From contig CAVSGG010000009.1 of the NCBI GenBank assembly GCA_963727455.1, positions 1 through 64,000 on the forward strand: DNA of 64,000 bases. Reading direction: 5' to 3'. Both the position numbers and the translations under genes were made by a program. The notes below the pieces were generated by a model that was not told the origin of the DNA, ran no database searches, and saw only the letters and a list, made by a program, of their open reading frames with translations. This DNA comes from Candidatus Krumholzibacteriota bacterium. GTDB lineage: Bacteria; Krumholzibacteriota; Krumholzibacteriia; JAJRXK01. Positions 63,033 through 64,000 of this stretch are shown one piece after another; positions within the stretch are counted from its first letter, which is position 1; the number at the start of each line of letters is the position of its first letter.

Positions 63033-63476
63033 TTAGGCCCGTTTTGGCATCTGCACGAGCTCGGTAAGGACCTCCAGGACCACCCCGCGAACATCTTCAC
63101 GCGTTAAGTTGAAGATTTTCATGCGTTCTTCACGGCCGCCCTCGGCGCCGGCCGGGTCGAGCACGGGATGATGCTCCAGGCGGAGCTCCGGGTAGCGCCG
63201 GTGCAGCTGGCCGAAGGCGCGGTCACTGAGGGTGACGATGCGATCGAAAGTGTTGAGATCGAATTCGGCTACCGTCTTGCTGCGCTGGCCGCTGATGTCG
63301 ATGCCCACTTCCGCCATGGAGGCCACGGTGTCGGAAAAGAGCCCGGCCGCCATCAGGCCTGCGCTCTCCACTTCCAATCCGGGGAAGGCCAGCTCGCGCG
63401 CGAAGCCCTCGGCCATCTGACTGCGGCAAGCGTTCGCATAGCAGACGAAGAGAAGGCGTTTGCGAGGTGGATTCAT
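63033..63476 (-). CDS. arsC: Arsenate reductase ArsC / low-molecular-weight protein tyrosine phosphatase family
   Basis: LFVCYANACRSQMAEG, SAG, GIDIS and LDP. Confidence 0.75.
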   Translation of the reverse strand: MNPPRKRLLFVCYANACRSQMAEGFARELAFPGLEVESAGLMAAGLFSDTVASMAEVGIDISGQRSKTVAEFDLNTFDRIVTLSDRAFGQLHRRYPELRLEHHPVLDPAGAEGGREERMKIFNLTREDVRGVVLEVLTELVQMPKRA

Positions 63477-63540
63477 GGATCCTTGAAACTCCGCGAGTCC
63501 GCGGGTCAGAATTCAGGAGTGAGCCCCATGAAGCCGGAGC

Positions 63541-64000
63541 TCAGAACTCGGGGCCGAGCTGCACGAAGATAGTGCCAACGCGCCTTTCAGCCACCGCCCA
63601 GCACACACGAAACGGTCCCAAGGGAGTCTTCCACGCGAGATGGGTCCCCACTCCCGCCAGAGGAGAGGCGTGGCTCAGGCTCAGCTCGTCCCGCCAGCCG
63701 ACGGCAGCGGCAACCCCGCAGCGCAGAGTCGCGGCCAGCTGCCAATCCAGACCCCCGCGCAACCAAAGTAGACGAGAGGCGAGAATCTCCTCGCGCCTGA
63801 GGCCAAGCCAGCCGAAGGGTCCGCCGGCCCGTCCTTGCAAGCCGACAGCACGGCGGGGCGAGCCCTGCACGAATCCCAGCGCAGCCGTGGGGCGCATTCG
63901 TACCGGGCCCTTGGCCTCGGCGACCGCGCCCCCTTCCAGCCGCCAAAATCCCAGATCCCCCCATTCAGGAACTGCGCGCTGGTAGCACAGGCGAAAACCG
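63541..64000 (-). CDS. C-terminal part of an Omp85/BamA-TamA-PlpD-like outer-membrane barrel (truncated by the window edge)
   Basis: Frame open to the window end; AGVG...WKTPLGPF...FVQLGPEF with terminal Phe. Confidence 0.65.
   Translation of the reverse strand, partial: GFRLCYQRAVPEWGDLGFWRLEGGAVAEAKGPVRMRPTAALGFVQGSPRRAVGLQGRAGGPFGWLGLRREEILASRLLWLRGGLDWQLAATLRCGVAAAVGWRDELSLSHASPLAGVGTHLAWKTPLGPFRVCWAVAERRVGTIFVQLGPEF

Noticed and set aside
63033-63476. Arsenic-resistance operon
   Set aside because: No arsR/arsB/acr3 adjacent, and the protein lacks the downstream redox cysteine pair, so it may be a phosphatase-like homologue.

Overview
GC-rich bacterial chromosomal segment with no rRNA, tRNA, CRISPR or mobile element that I can support. 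Three secreted proteins end in a FlgD-Ig-like module (PNPFNP...WDG...ASGVY), and a Ccm operon, a multiheme cytochrome and the futalosine-pathway gene mqnD are present. Together these suggest (inference) an FCB-superphylum organism such as a Krumholzibacteriota/Latescibacterota/Eisenbacteria-like genome. In order: an acyl-CoA catabolic cluster, peptidases, mutA-mutB-meaB, a NUDIX-MBL fusion, secreted FlgD-Ig proteins, a System I*-type ccm operon, mqnD, a rimB-rimK(RCK_C)-deacylase-PP2C-kinase operon, a hexaheme lipoprotein, a kamA + 2x ATP-grasp + GNAT-HDAC + GNAT operon, pyk, a ClC channel, pstSCAB, a cohesin/dockerin protein and nrdJ with tandem NrdR boxes. The best candidates for an undescribed system are the two tightly coupled amide-ligase operons at 35.9-47.3 kb. 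One looks like a beta-lysine ligation/acetylation/deacetylation pathway and the other like a kinase/phosphatase-linked glutamylation module. Several genes carry single-base frameshifts, most likely long-read errors. All calls are by motif recognition; no searches were run.
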